From NCBI RefSeq assembly GCF_009914755.1, contig NC_060936.1: 64,000 bases of DNA; one strand, 5' to 3'. The notes beneath the pieces are model-generated. The model was not told where the DNA came from and did not search any database. It was given only the letters and a program-made list of their open reading frames with translations. Within the stretch, counting starts at the first letter, position 1. Every line of letters begins with the position of its first letter. Both the position numbers and the translations under genes were made by a program. This DNA comes from the human T2T-CHM13v2.0 reference genome, Homo sapiens. Of this stretch, positions 61,491 through 64,000 are shown piece after piece.

Positions 61491-63705
61491 CTATTCTTCT
61501 CTCTGGTTGCTTTTAAGACTTTGTCTTTATTTTTCTATACTTTTGACTCTGAAATATCTAATTTGGGTACATTTTAATTTATCTGGCTTGTGATTCTTCC
61601 AGCTTTTCGAATATGTGGGTTGGTATCTTCCATCATTTGTAGAAAACTACCAGTCATTTATCTCTTCAAATATTGTGTTACACATCTCTTCCCTTCTTCT
61701 CCAAGCAAAGCAATCTTTGCATGTCTTTGTCTTCTATTGTCTCTTGTTTTTCATATTTTCTGTATTGGTCTTTCTTTCTATGCTACAGTGAGTTTTTTAA
61801 TGGCCTATTTTCTAGCTCAGCAATTTTATCTTTTGTTTTGTTCAGTATGTTGCTAAACACATCCAATTCAGTTTTTAAAATTAGATATTGTATTTTTATT
61901 TCTTAAGGCTCTTATTTGTTCTTTTTCGTATCTTGTAGGTCATATTTCTACTTCCCTTTGGGTATTTTCAATCTTGACTTATTTCTTCAAACATTACAAG
62001 CCTATTCACTTTATAATCTGTGTCTGACTATTCCAATATCTGACATCTTTGTGACTCTCTTTTCACTGGCCGTTCATGTTTCTGGTCTCCCTTATGGTAT
62101 CATTTTTCCTTGTGGGCTTGGTTATTTTTGACTATGTACCACCACGTTTCCTTAAAAATTATTTATGGGGATTCCCTAGGCCTTAAAGTTCCTCCTCTAG
62201 TTAGAATTTGTATTTACTCCTGTTGGATCCCTAGGCGCATAACCATCCCAGAATTACTTTAAACTAAATTTACAGCTTGAGGATTCCTGGACCACTCCAC
62301 TAATGTGAGACAGGGCTGAAAATCCATGCAAGAGTTCACTTGTGGTTACCAGTTTTAAGGGACAACTTTTTAAAGATTCGATTTCCCCCTTCTCTGCTCA
62401 GCATGAAATCTCACCCTTAGAAAGTTCCCTACATGTGGATTGTGATTAGGAAAGTGCATTTACTTAGTTCAGAGTTTTAGTTTAATGTGCTTGTCTCCTA
62501 TTTGGATTCTCATGGATCTGGACCTTGACTTATATACCCCATGCCCCTTGAGGCCCTCTAAACTTCAGCTCAATTTTATCTAGGTCAGAAAATTTCCTCA
62601 GGGGAAAAAGAAAGCAGCTTAATGAGGTGTTCATTTTTCTGAATATTTGCTCTCTTCTAGAGTTTGGCTTGGTATCTCATCCTCACAATCTTTCGAAATT
62701 TTTTATTCTTTTTTTTTTTTCTTTTTTTTTTTGAGACAGGGTCTCACTCTGTCACCCTAGCTGGGGTGCAGTGGTGGGATCTTGGCTCACTGCAATCTTT
62801 TCCTCCCAGGTTCAAGTGATCCTTCCACCTCACCCTCCTGAATGGCTGTGAGTACAGGCACTCACCACCACTTCTGGCTTTATTTTTATTTTTGGTAACA
62901 ACGGGGTTTCGCCATGTTGCCCAGGCTGGTCTCAAATTCCTGAGCTCAAGCAATCTGCCCACCTTGGCCTCCCAAAATGCTGGGATTACAGGTGAGCCAT
63001 CGCTCCTAGCCTTCTTTGATTCTTTTAAGAAAATGAGTTTAGCAATTAGAATTGTTATGAATAGACTAATTCGTTACTGGAAATGCTGTTACTGGAATTG
63101 GAAGTTGTAGGAAATCTTTTACATTTACCTGAATGCTTATAGAATTGCTTCAGTTTCCTTGAAATTTAAAAATAGCACCAGGATATTTTAAGGTGATGAC
63201 TTTTTAAAATTAATTTTGCCTAGTTCATAAGAAGCCTTTTTGATTTACTGATTTCATGAGTTTTCCCACAGATAAATAAGATAGTTATTTTATTATATCT
63301 TTATCACCTGTGTTCCATTTCTTCTGATCATTTCTTTAGAAACAAAGTCTTTTTATATCTATCATTTTCCTCCTTTGGATTCATTTACTTCATATTGTTG
63401 GATAATTTCTCAAGCATTTCTAACCTTACAAGTGATTTTTTTTGTCTACAGTGGTGTTGCTATTTTAATTTCTACTTGTAGTAATGTAGAAGATATTTAT
63501 ATGACATTATTTCCTTCATTATAGCTTTAAAATTTTTCTAGTTCTCTTTTGTCTCAGTATTTCATTGTTTTTGATTCAGGTTTCTTTCTGTACTTCCAGA
63601 ATCCATAATTTTTGTAATTTTATTGAATATTAATTCATGATATAGTATTTTATGAAAATAATTGTATTTATTTTCATAAATACACTCATATCTTTCCTTG
63701 TTTTC
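61491..63705 (-). mobile_element. L1M 5'-region remnants (AluJ inserted)
   Basis: ctctctggttgcttttaaga, tatctcttcaaatatt, ctgtgtctgactattccaatatctg. Confidence 0.6.
62709..63011 (-). mobile_element. AluJ
   Basis: gagacagggtctcactctgtcacc...cctgagctcaagcaatctgcc...ggtgagccatcgctcctagcc. Confidence 0.92.
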
Positions 63706-63710
63706 AGAAT

Positions 63711-64000
63711 TGTTATCAAGCAAATGGGTTCACTACCTGATGTACACAGAAACCAATAACTATAGCACTAGCTTTTGAGAAAAGAAAGACTTTATTGCAA
63801 AATGAGTCAACAAGGAGTCAGGAGTGAGCTCAAATCTGTTTCCTCAATCTGGGGTCTGGAGCAAGTGTATGGGCTTGGAGAGCAAGAGAAAAGATTTAGG
63901 AATGTAGATTTGTAGAATCTGATTGCAGGGGTTCAAATTTGACCAGTTATGGTAAGGTATATTGAAGTGAATTTTAGCTCTAGATCTTCTGGGTCAACAG
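63711..64000 (-). mobile_element. ERV1 LTR (MER34/MER39 group-like), runs off window
   Basis: Starts tgtta...ttttgagaaaagaaagactttattgc...gctcaaatctgtttcc; tttatt is an antisense poly(A) signal. Confidence 0.65.

Overview
This is AT-rich, repeat-dense primate genomic DNA. An SVA and several AluY copies point to human or great ape. I see no intact protein-coding gene; the recognisable ORFs in the track are Alu-, L1- or L2-derived, and the rest look like chance ORFs. The only gene-derived object is an ancient, apparently full-length processed pseudogene of RTN3 (short isoform, minus strand, ~14252-15908). It keeps its 5'UTR, CDS, 3'UTR, a poly(A) remnant and a degenerate TSD. Also present are a full-length 7SL retrocopy, a 5'-truncated SVA, 12 Alus, MaLR/ERV LTRs, Tigger/hAT DNA transposons, L2/MIR relics and long minus-strand L1M remnants. 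The most notable structures are (i) two independent twin-primed (5'-inverted) L1PA insertions, (ii) one of these nested inside an older L1 that may carry a 3' transduction, (iii) multi-layer nested insertions with intact TSDs, (iv) a perfect 19-bp-arm hairpin abutting a (CA)n tract, and (v) a few candidate, probably non-coding, exons. I find no convincing evidence of a new biological system. Repeat subfamily names and RTN3 comparisons come from recalled consensus sequences and need RepeatMasker/BLAST confirmation.
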